Below are positions 50,773 to 64,000 of a stretch of DNA of 64,000 bases, piece by piece; position 1 is the first letter of the stretch, and each line of letters opens with the position of its first letter. Below the pieces are notes generated by a model. The model had not been told where the DNA came from. It was given only the letters and a program-made list of their open reading frames with translations, and did not search any database. Made by a program: the position numbers and the translations under genes. The DNA is from Vicugna vicugna (taxonomy: Eukaryota), in assembly GCA_013265495.1 (NCBI GenBank), contig MU058257.1, positions 627,418 to 691,417 on the forward strand. The letters are read 5' to 3'.

Positions 50773-51875
50773 CTGCAAGACAATACGAGCCTTGTCATTT
50801 GCCCATCCTTGGACCACCGCTGCCTGCAGCATCTTTTCCAGTGGGCACCGCAGAGCAGTTGTCCGAATTCCTCCGGCATCAGCAGCCCTGGGAAAGCGCC
50901 GAGACAAGACAGCCGCTGCCCTGGGCTGGCAGTTACTTGTTGCCGGAAAGCACTCTGCCTTTCTCCCTGATGCGACCAAGATTGCTCGATCCCTCGTACC
51001 AAAGAGAAAACCAGGTTCAATATCGGGTCACCATTTTTTCTATGAGATTAATAATACTTTGGAAGCAGCACATTAATATATGTCATTTTACAAACAGAAA
51101 ATCAAGACAAACAAGATAAGCTCACAGACCGGCGACCAGGGAGGCCTGGACAGAACTTGGGTCTAACGGGATCCCACCTGCCAGCAGTCTTCAGCATCCT
51201 CCCTCCTTCCAAACACAATGTGGACTGACACAGTGCTGACTCTGAAAGCCCCTTGAGTGACATGGTTTGGGAACTGGGCCAGAGATTTTTAATCTGGAAT
51301 GGAGGAGCGAGGAGGAGGGCAAAGTCAGGATTTTTGTTTCATCGAAATTTTGTCCTTTTCCACATCTTCCCGTGGCCCCTCTCCTTGGAGTTCAGCTTGA
51401 GAGGCAGGTGGATTCCAAGGCACCACCTGGGAGGAACGCCTCCCTGGGACCCCTGCTAAGACTTCTGAGCTTCTATTGGTGAGTTTCCAGTGGAGGCGGT
51501 CCTCAGCACAGTGGCTGCATCTCTATGATGGCTGGGCTGCTGGGGGGGGGGGGGCGGGCAAGGAGTGACGCCCAGGGTCCAGGCTGCACCCTAGAGGTCT
51601 GCAGGGGCTTGAGTTCCTCCCGTGGCCCTGCGATGGGAGTGGGCAGGGCAGAGAGCTAAGCTTCAGGGGCTCTGCCTCAAGCTCGCTGGGGGCCTAGGAC
51701 CAGTCACGTCTCTCTCACCTCTCAGTTCTTCATTTGTAAAACAGAGGAGTGGACCAGGTCCCCTGGGAGGCCCCTTTCCGCTCTAACTTCCTATTATGTC
51801 CACATTTCCAGGGAAGTAAAATAGGTATTTGCCTTTGACTTTCCTTATTTCCGTCATTAACAACTAAGAATCATC

Positions 51876-51965
51876 TTTTTTTTTTTTAATGTGGGTACTG
51901 AGGACTGAACCCAGGACCTCGTGCATGCTGTTCATGTGCTGTACCACCGAGCTCCACCCTCCCTC
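51876..51965 (-). mobile_element. tRNA-derived SINE (short form)
   Basis: Same head; TSD-like agaatcatctt / agaaccatctt. Confidence 0.8.
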
Positions 51966-54619
51966 CACTCAGAACCATCTTAAAACAAACTTCATCACTA
52001 GTTTCTGTATATTCGAAATATTTTCAGTTTCCTTTTGTGGATACATTTGATTATTGTCTTACATACAATTGTCTTCCTCTACTGATCAGACCCTCCATCT
52101 ATTGTATTTCTGTATAACTCATAAATTTTAAAGAAATGAAGCACAAATACATGGCAAATATTTTTTTAAAGAACAGAAGGAATTGCACATTGCAACTAAT
52201 TACCAATTACAAGATATTCCAACAGGATATTCATTATTAAGAGGCTTTTTCCCCCCGAAAATGACATCAAAAGCCAATAACCAAAACCAAAAAAATTAAA
52301 AAATAAAAAACCCCTAAACACATCCCACCCACCACAACTTCTGAATCTTGCTTCCCTGTTACTACATGACAATCCAGTTTCCAGAAAACAGTATTTCAGT
52401 TAACTCACAGGCCAGGAAAACCTAAAGAGTTTCCATTTTGTGTACCGCCTGCCTCATGAAGAATGACTATTGTCTTCCATGAATTGCTTTTTCCTGAAGG
52501 CCTGTGGAGTAGCCCCGGCAACACGTGGCCAATTCCTTCAAAACTGAACGAAGAGCCACGTCCAGGACAAACAGCAAAACCCCTGGCTCACAAACGCCAG
52601 CCCGAGCTCACACAATCCAACAATAGGTGATTTCAACCAGACAGGAAGCTGCTACTGTTCAGTGCAAACTGCTCTGCTTCACTTTCCTGGTTTTAAAGAT
52701 GTAACAGCTGTGCTCTGAAGGCTCGACCAGATTTAGAAGAAAAAGGAGCAAGCCTTTAATAGAAGTGAATATTGTAGGATAATAATGGTGGATGTCCTAA
52801 ATTTTAACTCAACAAATATTTCCCCTACGTATTTTTGTCATTAACTGAAATTTGAATATTTTTCCAAAAGTGAACTCCAGTACTTTGTATGAACTTGCGT
52901 ACCAATTTCAAAAAAGAGAGGCAACCCACATTTATCAGATTTAGCAAAAAAAAAAAAAAAAAAAAACCAGGATATTCAGTTCAATTTGAATTTCAGATAC
53001 ACAACAAATAGGTTTAATATAAACACATCCCGCGCGCTATTTGCGGCATACTACCAACTGGTTCACTGCCTGCTTGAAATTCACATTCAACTGGGTGACC
53101 CCAAACCTTACTCTTTTCTGGACAAACGATCAGGTGATTTTAGGTTGCGCAAAACCTCTCTGATTGCCTCATGCTGCAACTTGAAAGCTAACGAGTGCTC
53201 TAGCCAAGGCTGCACGGAACAGTTTCAGCTGTTTTCAAATGCTCTCAGAACACTGAGTGCTCCACTGCCTGTCCACTGAGTCACGCCCTACACCACAGCC
53301 ACTTTCAACCTGAACGGCCCTCGAAATCTCGACGTCCAGGGCGGCGTGAAGCAACGCCATTCAAATGAACGCTTCCTGTCACACTTACAGATGGCGCTTC
53401 GCTTTGGAAATGACTGAGTTCCCTGTGAGTGCGTGTGCAGCTCAGGCTGACTTGAAACAACTCCAGAACTTCATTCCCTGGCTGTCCTTTCCCCATTTTA
53501 AAAATTTTGTTCTTAGGGTAAGATTTAGTTACCAGGTAAGTAAGAAGTTAACCAGTAGTCAACTAGAAGAATCCCAGGCATTGGAAATAACTGACTTTAA
53601 AGGGGGAAGACAGTGCCTGAAATTAACTAGGTGCCCAACCCAGGGGCCGTCCAAAGTCCCAGCTAGACTGGCCCAAACACACGCGTGAATCCCTCGTAAA
53701 GGAGGAAAGATGCCTTCTTTTCTTCGTGGCAGTGAGATGCCTCAGCGACCGCCCCGTGGGATTGCTGGAGCTCTCGGGCTGGGCTTTCAAACTACAGGGT
53801 CTCTTACTCACAGCGCTGGGAGACTTGAAATTTCATTTCATTTCATTTTTCTTCCTCACGTGACTGCCACTGGGTTTAGGAAGGATGAGTGACAACTTCC
53901 CCCACTGATGATTAGAGTTGGCACCTGGACCACTGCGGGTAAAACGGAATGGTCGAATGGTGCCCGGAAGGCTACCAAGATACAGCCCTGCACTGTGGGG
54001 ATTCTCACGGGCAGCACCACAGAGGTCCTTTTAGGTCCCTTCTATCTGGGTGCCACAGCAGCCTCAGTGCTGGGGAGTTTGGGAGGAGACAGATCACCTT
54101 CAGCCTCAGAAGCATCACTCCTCTCACTGCGGGCTTCTGCCGGGAGACCCAGAAGGACTCGACGTCTGGGTGTTTATACCTTTCTTGGGGGAGGAGCACC
54201 CCCACTAATCACGACGCTGGCCTTGGTCACCTTTTCAGTCTCACCTGCCGCATCTACCCCGTCCGACGTGTCTCCCAGCCACACAAAGTACGTTATTCCA
54301 AGCCAAGTTATGCCTTTTCTGTCTGTGTGCCTTCACAAGTAAAGTTTTTTTTTTTTTTTAACCACAAGTTTTTGGTCTGGTGGGCAGAATAAGTCACTTC
54401 TAACCCCAGGATTCTCAGTGCAAAGCTCAGGTCTCCATTGCTGAATTCACCATCTTGTGTTTTTCCTCTACCTCCATCCAGACTTTCATGATTTCTTTTA
54501 AGGAATCCCTGTTTTTCTTTGCAGAAAAGTAATAAATGCCCATTGAAAGTTCATAGGATGCAGAAAAGATTTGAGAAGAAATTAAACTCTCCATAAGACC
54601 ACCATTAGGACAGAGGCAT

Positions 54620-54890
54620 GGAAAACAAACTAACAGTTACCAAAGGGAAAAGGGAGTGGGAAGGGATAAATTAGGAGTTTGGGGTCAGCAGATACACACC
54701 CACTATATAAAATAGATAAACAGGGACCTACAGGGAACTTTACTCAATAGCTTGTAATAACCTATAACAAAACAGAATATGAAAAAGATATATATATCTA
54801 TATCTATATCTATCTGAATCACTATGCTGTACACCAGAAACTAACACCACATGGTAAATCAACTACACTTCAATTTAAGGAAAAAAGAAA
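54620..54890 (+). mobile_element. L1 3' end
   Basis: gttaccaaaggg...ggataaattaggagtttgggg...gctgtacaccagaaactaac plus A tail. Confidence 0.85.
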
Positions 54891-57800
54891 AAGACATGGG
54901 ATGATCTCTAAAGAGTCTGGTTGTTTGGAAGCCAAAACAATCAGTTGTCGTGAACACCATTCGAAATCTGGCCATCCTCTGGGTGGGTTAGCTTCCTGAA
55001 TTCTGATGGGCTGCCCCCAACCTCACGCTCTCGCAGACAAGACTGGGGACCGAAGACAGGCAGCTGGAGAGACAAAGACACAGCCCGGAGCAGCCCTGCA
55101 TAAAGGCGCCCTCCGTGTTCTGGAGCGCTCATCACCCTAACAGTACCTCCTTTCTCTCCGTAAAGCTCAGACACACAGTAACCACAATTAAATAACCTGC
55201 TTTCCCCAAATCCAACCAGCCCTGCTCCAATCACTGTTTTCTTATTTTGAAAGAATGTCATTATTTCACAGCTGTTTTATTTTTAATTGGAAGAGGGTTG
55301 TGGTTTCACATCTGAGTTTGATGTACTTCTGTTTAACATTAAGGGGGAGGGGGGGGGCGGGGGATGAACAAACATAAACATCTGGTCCTTATCTGAAGGC
55401 ATGCAGACGATTTTCCAGAAGTTTACCCAACTCCTTTTGAGTTCCAGTGGCCACTCTCCGAGCTAGCTTATCACCATTAGCAGAAGTGACCCAGTTCGAC
55501 ATCCTGTGTCTAATGCAAACAGGAAGGTCTAACACTGCTGGGAGAGGGTCCCCCCACATCTGACTCTTCCTGGGCTCCCCCCTCAAAGAGGAGACCTGGC
55601 TGGACAGCAGACCCAGAAGATTTCTCAGCCCAGCTTTCATCCTGGGTGGGGAGAACTCCCTGCCCCCAACTCTTTCTCTGTTGTAAGATGTCTACAGGTA
55701 TTAACCCAGGTGCACTTGGTGGCCATGGGATTGTCTCAGTCATGACGGGAAGCACATTCCCCAGACAACGAGAAGCCAGGACAGACACACGCTTTACTGG
55801 GAATCCTGAGGCCAAAGGGCACTTCTTTAGCACAGTGTAATAAGTCACCAAGCCGACCTTTGCAAGGTGCTGGTTAAACCCCAGCATGCAACCTCCTAGC
55901 CATGAAATGAGTATCAGCGCTTCGTAGAATAAGACGTAACCAGCTACTGGTAACGTCATCATGTGCAAAGCCTCACTCCTGAAATGAAAATCTGTCTGGC
56001 TCAATGAAACACCGTCCGCTGAGCGAGCATTGGCCAGGGAGCGTTTCCCAGCTTTTACCATTCCCGAGACAGGTCAATACACAAGCCTGAAAAAATACAA
56101 GACAAAGAACTGGAGTCTGATTAAAAACAGGAAAAATAGTTTTTTTGTTGGGGGGGTGGAGTATGTCGGCATTTTTTTAGAGCATCTTTGATGACTCAAA
56201 GAGCTGTTTAATTCATCACTAGACACTCCAAGCTAAAGAAAATATTTTTAAGCAATTGTCTCACTTCCTTAGATAACACACATGTTTTCGGGTACGTGCC
56301 TGAGCATTTGAACTCAGTGCTGCTCTAGGACCTGTGGGCCCCATTCACCCCACCTGATCAGTGTGTGCCTTGACTTAGGACCTTGGACTTCTCTCAGTTA
56401 CCAATAGGAATACAACCATTTTACAGTTAGTGACATAATTCAGTCTTTATGTATTTTTTCACTCTTACTGTATTGCAGAGAAAAGACACCGAGGACTAAA
56501 TGACTATGATCACTTTGACTCAATTTAACATTTACACTGACTACCGAGAGCCAAATATTGCAAACAACACGCTGTTGGAAAACAAGATGGTGGTGATGAG
56601 TCCTTTTCAGCAAAAGACCATGAGGAAACATTGAAAAATTCTGGTAAAGAATAAAAATATCCCAGAGCAAGAAAAGTGCAATACCAGAAGACCCTCATCC
56701 ATTTTATTTTCTAGTCTTAATTGCTTGCGTGAATTCTTTTCCCTCACAGTGACATTAAAGGAAAGCATTTTGCTGGGTGGTAGCAGACTCCTGGCCGCAA
56801 CAAAGCCTGTGCTTGACAGCAAAGCAGTCCCAAGTGAATGCACAGAGGAAGCTTCCTCTGGGAAGACGGGAGTCAGCCAGCTAGAATAACATTCCACAAG
56901 GCTGCGGGCACAGACGGGGGGGCCAGGCCGGCTTCCCCGACGCCCCTGGGCTTGCAGGAAGAGAGTGACAAAGAAAGGGCAAGAAAAACCAAGTCCCCAG
57001 ACAGGGGCCGGCCGCCGCCCCCTTTGGCTGATAAGAGAACGTGCTTCATCTGACTGTCCTCTATGACTGAATTACCACACTCTGATGATTCTTATTTTGT
57101 AGTTGGCTTTATTCCTTTGACAACTATATAAGTTTAAAAAGCTAAAGCTCTAATCTGTTCTTAAAAACAATAATTAGTACATATATGTAAACTAAAAAAA
57201 GTGCAGTGTACTGTTTTCATGTATTTACATGCAGTATCATGTGCATGTGCAATCGAACTGTAATAATTCTACATAATAAAACTGAAAAAGAAAAAAAAAG
57301 GTTTCAGTAAAAATATCATGTTTTCCCTCCAATAAAATAATTTGTTGAGGAACAACAACAAAAAGAGACCGTGCTTGTGGGAGATCCAGTGCCTCTGGAT
57401 GCTGGCATAGCCTTTCCTTCTCACATTCTTTTCTTCTTTGCGTAATTCAGAAGCAACTAGTTAAAAAAGAACGAATTAATTCTGATCCGTTCTTTGAACT
57501 GGATTTCCATCTGGATCTGCTGTAGTTGTTAATACTGGCAAGGTGCATGGGCAGAAGGAAAGGAAAGGGAGCCGATTCAGCAAGTTAGTACTCTGGTGTC
57601 TCAGCTAGAGATGTTTCCAGACGCCCGTGACTCCAGTCACTCCAACATAGGAACCGTGAAGATGGACCGCGGAGAGCGGGATGCTCTTCTCTGCGGGTCC
57701 ACGTTTCCTCCTGGAGGTTGGATCAGCAGTGCACTTTCAGAGACCTTAAGAGCAGCAGCCAGGACCGTGACACCCACCGCAAAACGCTTAGCGGGACTGA

Positions 57801-60559
57801 TGACACAAATGTAAGACCGATGTGGGAAGAATGTCCCCCTGTTATACTCTGCAAGACCTGAGGGTTTCTTTCTTCCTTCTTTCTTTTCTAGAACAGGTAT
57901 AGTTGTGTTCAGAAACATCAGACATTCCATTTCAAGTCCTCTCTTACTCAATCAGCCTGGAAAACCTGGACCTCAGGATGCAGGATATTCTGATAACAGA
58001 GGAGGAGAAATGAGATCATATCAGGGTCCCACAGACTCTGTGACACAAGAAACCAGCATCTAAGGCAATCTGAAACTCCTACACAGAGCTCCAGAGAAAG
58101 GCTGACTAAACGTCCATGCTTTGGGGAAGACTGCTTAACATTTTCAAAACACACCCCAACCTGTGAAGTCTCTTCTTCAAAATGAAGACAATTCATTGCT
58201 TAAACGCCGTGGTAACTGGCAGACGGGGACCTCAGAAACCTTTAAGAGCTCGGTCAGGAGGTTGGCACTTACACGGCCCCTTCTCCCAGCTAAGATACTC
58301 GGCAGCTCTTGCTGGGCAGTAAAAAGAAATTCAGGGACTGAAATGCTTTTAATGAACATTTTCAGAATGCTTACTTGTAAGTTCCACTAAATTGAAACCC
58401 TGAACCTAATCCTTTGATCTGGAACGAGGACAAGACCTGAGAACGGAACAAATGTAATTCCCTGGCAACTTGGCGAGGAATTTAACCTACTCATCTGTAG
58501 TGAAAATTACTCAGTGGAAATTTCCTAAGAAAGAAAAATAAGTAGGCTACAGCTTTAAGAAACTTGTAACCGGCCTCAAATATGTATAAACACGACGTAG
58601 ATCTAGTCAGATGCCTCACAGAATCGTCGCACTCTGTGATCTTGCCAGACGGTTCACTCGGCAAAGATTTTGCAGGCATCTCCGACATGGAGGACACAGG
58701 CTGGCTGAGGCTCTCCTGCCATGACCCTTGGTTCCGTCCATCAACTGTTCACCCATGGGAACTGGGAAGGCGTCCTCCTAGCAGAAGGGCGCATGGGTGC
58801 GAGCTCCGGGGGGGCAGGCAGGCAAGAGCAAGCTGACAGTCGAGTGGACTGGATCCGGCTGACCGCAGGGGTGCGACTCAAGACATCCCGTGAGATCAAG
58901 CAGACTGTGTGAACTGACTTCTGGCTTCTGACATCTGTCTCTGCCAGAACAAAGAGGGCCCAGCCACGAAGAATGGATAAAGAGTGGTCTGGATGACAAC
59001 GGATTTATAACTTAATAGGATTTACTCTCTCCACACTCTAATTTCAGTGAGACCGTAGTATGTCGCTAAAGCACTTATTATTGGTGTTTTTATTATTAAA
59101 AAACATTTTGGGCAAATCATAAACTAACACACGGCGCCGGGGGCAGGCCCACACAGACGGTCTTGCAGCCCAGTAACGGGGATCGAACATTGTGGATGCC
59201 TGAACCGAAATGTGAAACTCACCTGAATGATGCCAAGGGTCTAGATGAAAGCATTTAATCACCAAAGTCAACACGTACGTGCTGTGTGCCAGGCTCGGGA
59301 AGCAAGTAGGCCTGGGCAGAAAACTATGCCAACACGAGACTGAAAGTCGAAAGTGCCACTCTGCCCACGGGGGAGGCATCATGGGATTCAGAAGGCGGTT
59401 CCTTGCACGGGGGGGAAGAAGTTCAGACTTTATGGAAAAGAGGTCATTGGAATCATTCAAACTGGATCTCGTAAGACAGGATAAGGTTCTGGGGGCAGAG
59501 AGGGCCAGGGTTGATGAGCTGAGGCAGAAGGAATGGGGAAAAAAATCCCACCCAACTTCCTACATTTCAAAATATCTGATGTGATGAACATACTCCTTCT
59601 GTCTTGTATCTCTTGGCAAAGCCCCTTGGTGAGCAGGGATGCATGACCTCCCACCCTCCTCCCCAGCACACACCCTCCTTTGTGGGGGCCTTCTTGGGGT
59701 CCATGGGGCCAGGCCAGGACATGCGGGGCTGGTGACAGACAGACACGCAACCTTCTTCGTAATTAAACTTCCAGCTCTGACCACGCACTGCACTGCTGAG
59801 GTCATCCTGCTAAAATGTGTGCTTTCACTGCCCCTGGGAATCCCAGCATTCCTGGGAATAAGACCTAAACCTCCATCTGCATGAGTCAGAGAGTTCTCTC
59901 CTGCGCCTAGTGGCACAGGGGCCAGCCCCACCCTCTGTTTAAGGCTGTGTTTGAAAGAAAGCATCTCAATGAAATGGAATCACAACTGGGGAATGTTCTC
60001 CCCAGGGGTCCACGCTGCTGCCGAAATCACACTCCCAACAATTAAGGCAGGGGCTGAGAGGAGACCGTGAGCTTCCAGGCGTGGGTGTTTCTGGATCTGA
60101 CACCCTTTGTGCTGTGGAGGGAAGCTGGTGACTGGGGACTCTTCCTTTGTGTCACCAAGAAGTGCTAGGTACTTGGGGGAAAGAAGGCAGGTGACCAGAT
60201 GCTGGGGGAAGAAGTTGAATAAACGATACATCTCAACAAGGAGCGAATGGGCTGCATTAAGAATGTTCAATAAACTCTAGGACCACAGGGAAGTAATTGC
60301 GTGGTGCAGGCAGAGCGCGGGGCAGGGGCACACAGGCCCCAGGAGCACCTGTGTGGCTCTGACACTGAAGTCACCTGGACGATGCTAAGCAAGTCCATTA
60401 GCCACTCTGCACTGTGGTCTCCTCCTTTCTCCAACAGAAACACCAATGCAAAGCCCATTTACTTTTCCTGGACATTATGAGAGTCATAATGGTGCATTCA
60501 TATTCACAGTAACCAGAGGATGTGGTCCTAGGATTTTTTTCCCTTAGCCCTTTGGGTAA

Positions 60560-60561
<2 letters not shown>

Positions 60562-60606
<45 letters not shown>
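60562..60606. repeat. (TG)n microsatellite
   Basis: About 22 TG units; others at 660-694, 13905-13927, 15239-15268 and 32095-32131. Confidence 0.95.
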
Positions 60607-60607
<1 letters not shown>

Positions 60608-63600
60608 GTTTTGCCTGTAGGCTAGATTGTTAACTTTTTTGCAAGAGGGACAGAGCCCTCTTTAACATAAAATTCTCCTAGCCTGACGTGCAAGTCAGTG
60701 CTGTGTGAGTTCAGTGCTGCTGGCAAGATCGAACTCCTTTTTTCTAAACAAAAGCCAACTACCCATTGATAAGTCAATTAAGTTGAGTCAACACCAGTAA
60801 GTCAACTGAGCCACTAACTTGTCCTCTTAATCAAGGAAGATGATTACTCTTATCTTGGCATTTAGAGCTGCAAATATTAAAACTACTCATAAAATGTCCA
60901 GTCCTCTGAGAAGTGCACCACTTAAAGGGAGAGTCTGCTGAATGATGAGTTTCAAGGGCCAGGTCCTCGCCACGTAAAGGATTCCCTCTTATTTATTTCT
61001 CAAACAACCTCTCATCAACTTAGTAAGTGTCCCTCTCTCCAGCAGGGCTCAAATCACTTTTCTACCAAATCACGCTCTCAAACATCTCCCTCCAACCTCT
61101 TCTCAAACTTTTTGTTTTAGAGCCAAGTTACTTGGAGTCATGACGTCCATTGGATATTTACGTATTAGATGTAACTGGTACCTTAGGCTTTTCTCATACC
61201 GTCTTTGTATTTTTGAAAAATACAAAGTTGTTTTTCTCATACCCTCTAGGTTTTTGTGACATCAAAATTTCACTGTATAACGAGAGATCTGCAAGTTTTC
61301 ACCTAATCAACGTGTGATCTTCACAGGATGTTGGAATTGTAGCTTTGTGTGCTGGGTAGTGAATGCCGATTTCAGGCCTTCTGTGACCTTTGCGTTTCTT
61401 TGTCTCATGGTCTCTGAGAAGCAGCATCACAGGGGAACACCAGGGAAGAAGTCCTGTGCCAGCTTCCCAAGGTGCCGTGACCTCAGTTACAGACACACAC
61501 ATCTTCCCACTCCGTCAGCAGTTTAAAGAGATTTTTAAACCCAAGAGACCAAGAAAATACAGGTACAGGTAGGGCGTATTTCTGTCACAAAAGCCGTTGA
61601 TCTAAGCCACCCATAAAGCTTTATCTGCCCTACTTCGGAGATTTCTAAACAACTCAAGATAAACACGTGTTTGTACTCAGACAGTATCTGTCTATTTCAG
61701 CCCAAACAAAATGACTTGTTTGTTAGTAGTTTTGCAGTAAGTCACGCCTTTAAATTTCCTCCCTCCTTCTAAAAGCCGGGTTTCAAAAACAAACAGAGGG
61801 ATGAATTTCTGGAAACTAAAGACTTGCAGATGGAGGCGATGGTCTAAATCAGCCTCTTGGCCTATAAACTTTGACAGCGTCCTCTTACACTGGTTTTGCA
61901 CTGTGTTTCTCAGTGATCTAGGTGGGCCTCTCGGGTTAATGAGAGTTTCATGTGCTGATGGGGAATCTGGAGGCACAGGTGTCCCAGAAAACTCCTTGAC
62001 TTGGTGTTAAAAATCCTACAAGGAGGTGATAGGATTACTGAGATTAAAGTCGGTCACCCGCCTAAGGTTAGCAGGAACACTGCCCCGGAGACAAGAGCAA
62101 AGACGAAGAGCAGACTTCCTAGGTACAGCTGCTTGTCAGAAAGCGCGTGTAAACAGTCAGTCTCTGAAGGGATGCCCGTCATTCCTGAGAACAGATGAAA
62201 TGAACTTCACCACTTCATATCTGGTCGACTGCGTTCTCCCTCTTGGAAACTTACCAGCCAGCGCGGAAGTGTATAGTGATTTTTTTTGAGGGGGGAGGAT
62301 GAGTTATAAAGGAGGTGGAGATGCCTTGAAATAATGCATTTTCAAAGAATGACTGTCATCACAATTCACAATGATGGCTGCTCTGTTGTTCTGGATGGAG
62401 CAAAGGCCAGCCTGAGGCCGACGAGGAGCTGGGTGGAGGTGGGTGACCAGGGCGAGAAATGTCACGCCCTGATCAGTGACTCCGCCGCTCCTCCAAGGGC
62501 CACGGCACGGCTTTGTTCTGTGCTCAGAAGACAGGCTGTCTGCCATCCAGACACAGTCAGGGGGCAGAACCGCAAATTCTTTGAATGATCTGAAAAAAAA
62601 TTCCATCGATGGTAATTTCATGCATTTCCGCCTGGGTCCATGCGATGGGGAAGGCGCACCTGCATGTCTACTTTCAAACCGCAGGAGAACAAGCACGGAT
62701 GTCCCACTAAACGTATCCTGCCTTCCGCCCCCAGCCCGGCCCGCGGTCCTTGACACAGTGGAAGCTGGGATGCTCCGTTCACCCGCTGGAGCCATTCTTA
62801 ACACCTGCGTGGATGCGTCCACTTCACCATGTCCTTGGAGGTGACAAAAGGTGAAAGTTCTCCAGGTGGGCCTGGCCGCGCCGTGGCGTGCGAGGCGTTG
62901 GGGCTTGGACAGGGGGAGGTGGGCTTCTTGGCACATATTTGGAAATTAGGGGAGAAACAGCATTTCTTTCACACAACCTTGCAGGTTTCCAGAACGTTAA
63001 GCTCCCCTAGCATGCTGTCATGAGGCTTTTCCACGCAGTCAGGCACGAGAACACATGACTTTGTGCGGTTTTAGTAAAAGTGCCAGTATTTAAAAAGAAA
63101 TGGAATAAACAGGTTCTTAATTTGTTTGAATTCCTTTTGAGCAAAAGATTTTAACTGAGATGAATATTCTATGAGATGTACGAATATTCTACATCTAGAC
63201 ACTTCAAAAAAAGACACATAGATAAGCAGATGTTCCCGCACACTCTTCTGGAAAACAGCAAAGTTCTGAGACTAAGGGAACGGCTTTCTTATCTTACAGA
63301 GGTTGATAATCAGAGTTCAGTTTTTGCGTACACAGACTGAACCCCAAATTACCCATTCCTGCCACCTCTCCTTGGGGTCCTGCTCCGCAGAAGACACAGG
63401 TGTGTCCAGATGGAGGTCATGTAAGATGCCCTCCACATTTGTCTTCATCTGTGAGATCCATTTATTTACTAGTGGTTGATTTTGAGGGACTATCATGTTA
63501 GATGAACAAGTGCATTGATGGCTTTTTCTTTACACGGCGAGTGACTGTTCAATCAAGGAATTCTCACCATCTTGGTACTGGAGCTTCCCAAATAGATAAC

Positions 63601-64000
63601 GGCCTCCTTATAAATAAATGCAATGTTTGGAAACGCGAAACTACAGAAATAGCTGGTGTGACGTATGTACTACAGAATGCCTCTGATTGAGAAGAGCAGT
63701 GACCAGTCTGAAGGTTCAGAACAATGTTGGAAAAACAAGGTCAGAAAATTCCTCATACTGTATCTTCTTTTTTTTTAAAGATTGGGAACTTAAAAAAGAA
63801 AGTTCTTTTCTCTTCTCCCCACGAACTCTGTGTGCCTCCTGAAATAGCAAAGACAGTTTCTTCTGTATTCCCCACTCCATGTGGTTGGTTAACTCCTTTT
63901 TCTTAGCATGGTGTAGTCCCCACTGGAAATGTTACAATTTCTGTATCTTCCAACGTTAAGATCCCACCACACTTCTGCACCTGCAGCCGGGAGAGGCAGT

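Noticed and set aside
62304..62936. 210 aa ORF and similar long intronic ORFs (28476-29036, 36726-37313, 55510-56061)
   Set aside because: No recognisable domains or exon structure; expected by chance in GC-rich intron.
50773..64000. NRP1 exon 6 or earlier exons
   Set aside because: No matching coding sequence was found; this stretch appears to be all intron 6.
1..64000. CRISPR arrays, operons or other prokaryotic systems
   Set aside because: The sequence is a spliced mammalian gene with mammalian retroelements; no regular repeat-spacer arrays were seen.

Overview
Mammalian genomic DNA, most likely camelid (six copies of a tRNA-derived SINE resembling camelid vic-1, plus artiodactyl-type L1 3' ends). 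The window holds the 3' half of neuropilin-1 (NRP1) on the minus strand: 11 coding exons (7-17 by human numbering; part of b1, b2, linker, MAM, TM and the SEA tail), all with GT/AG boundaries and consistent phases, a ~2.9 kb 3'UTR, and ~4.3 kb of downstream flank. The introns contain L1, SINE, MIR/L2 and LTR repeats. Most notable: (1) an L1 fragment inserted exactly at the exon 15 splice acceptor now supplies its branch point and pyrimidine tract; (2) a ~200 bp inverted copy of the NRP1 3'UTR lies in intron 16 next to an LTR; (3) intron 16 carries a deleted class II (beta-like) provirus with a tRNA-Met-like PBS and a protease/integrase-CTD fusion; (4) intron 16 may hold a decayed alternative terminal exon; (5) the stop/polyA signal of soluble s12NRP1 appears lost. 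Exon numbering and human comparisons are from memory, not from a search. Repeat boundaries are approximate.
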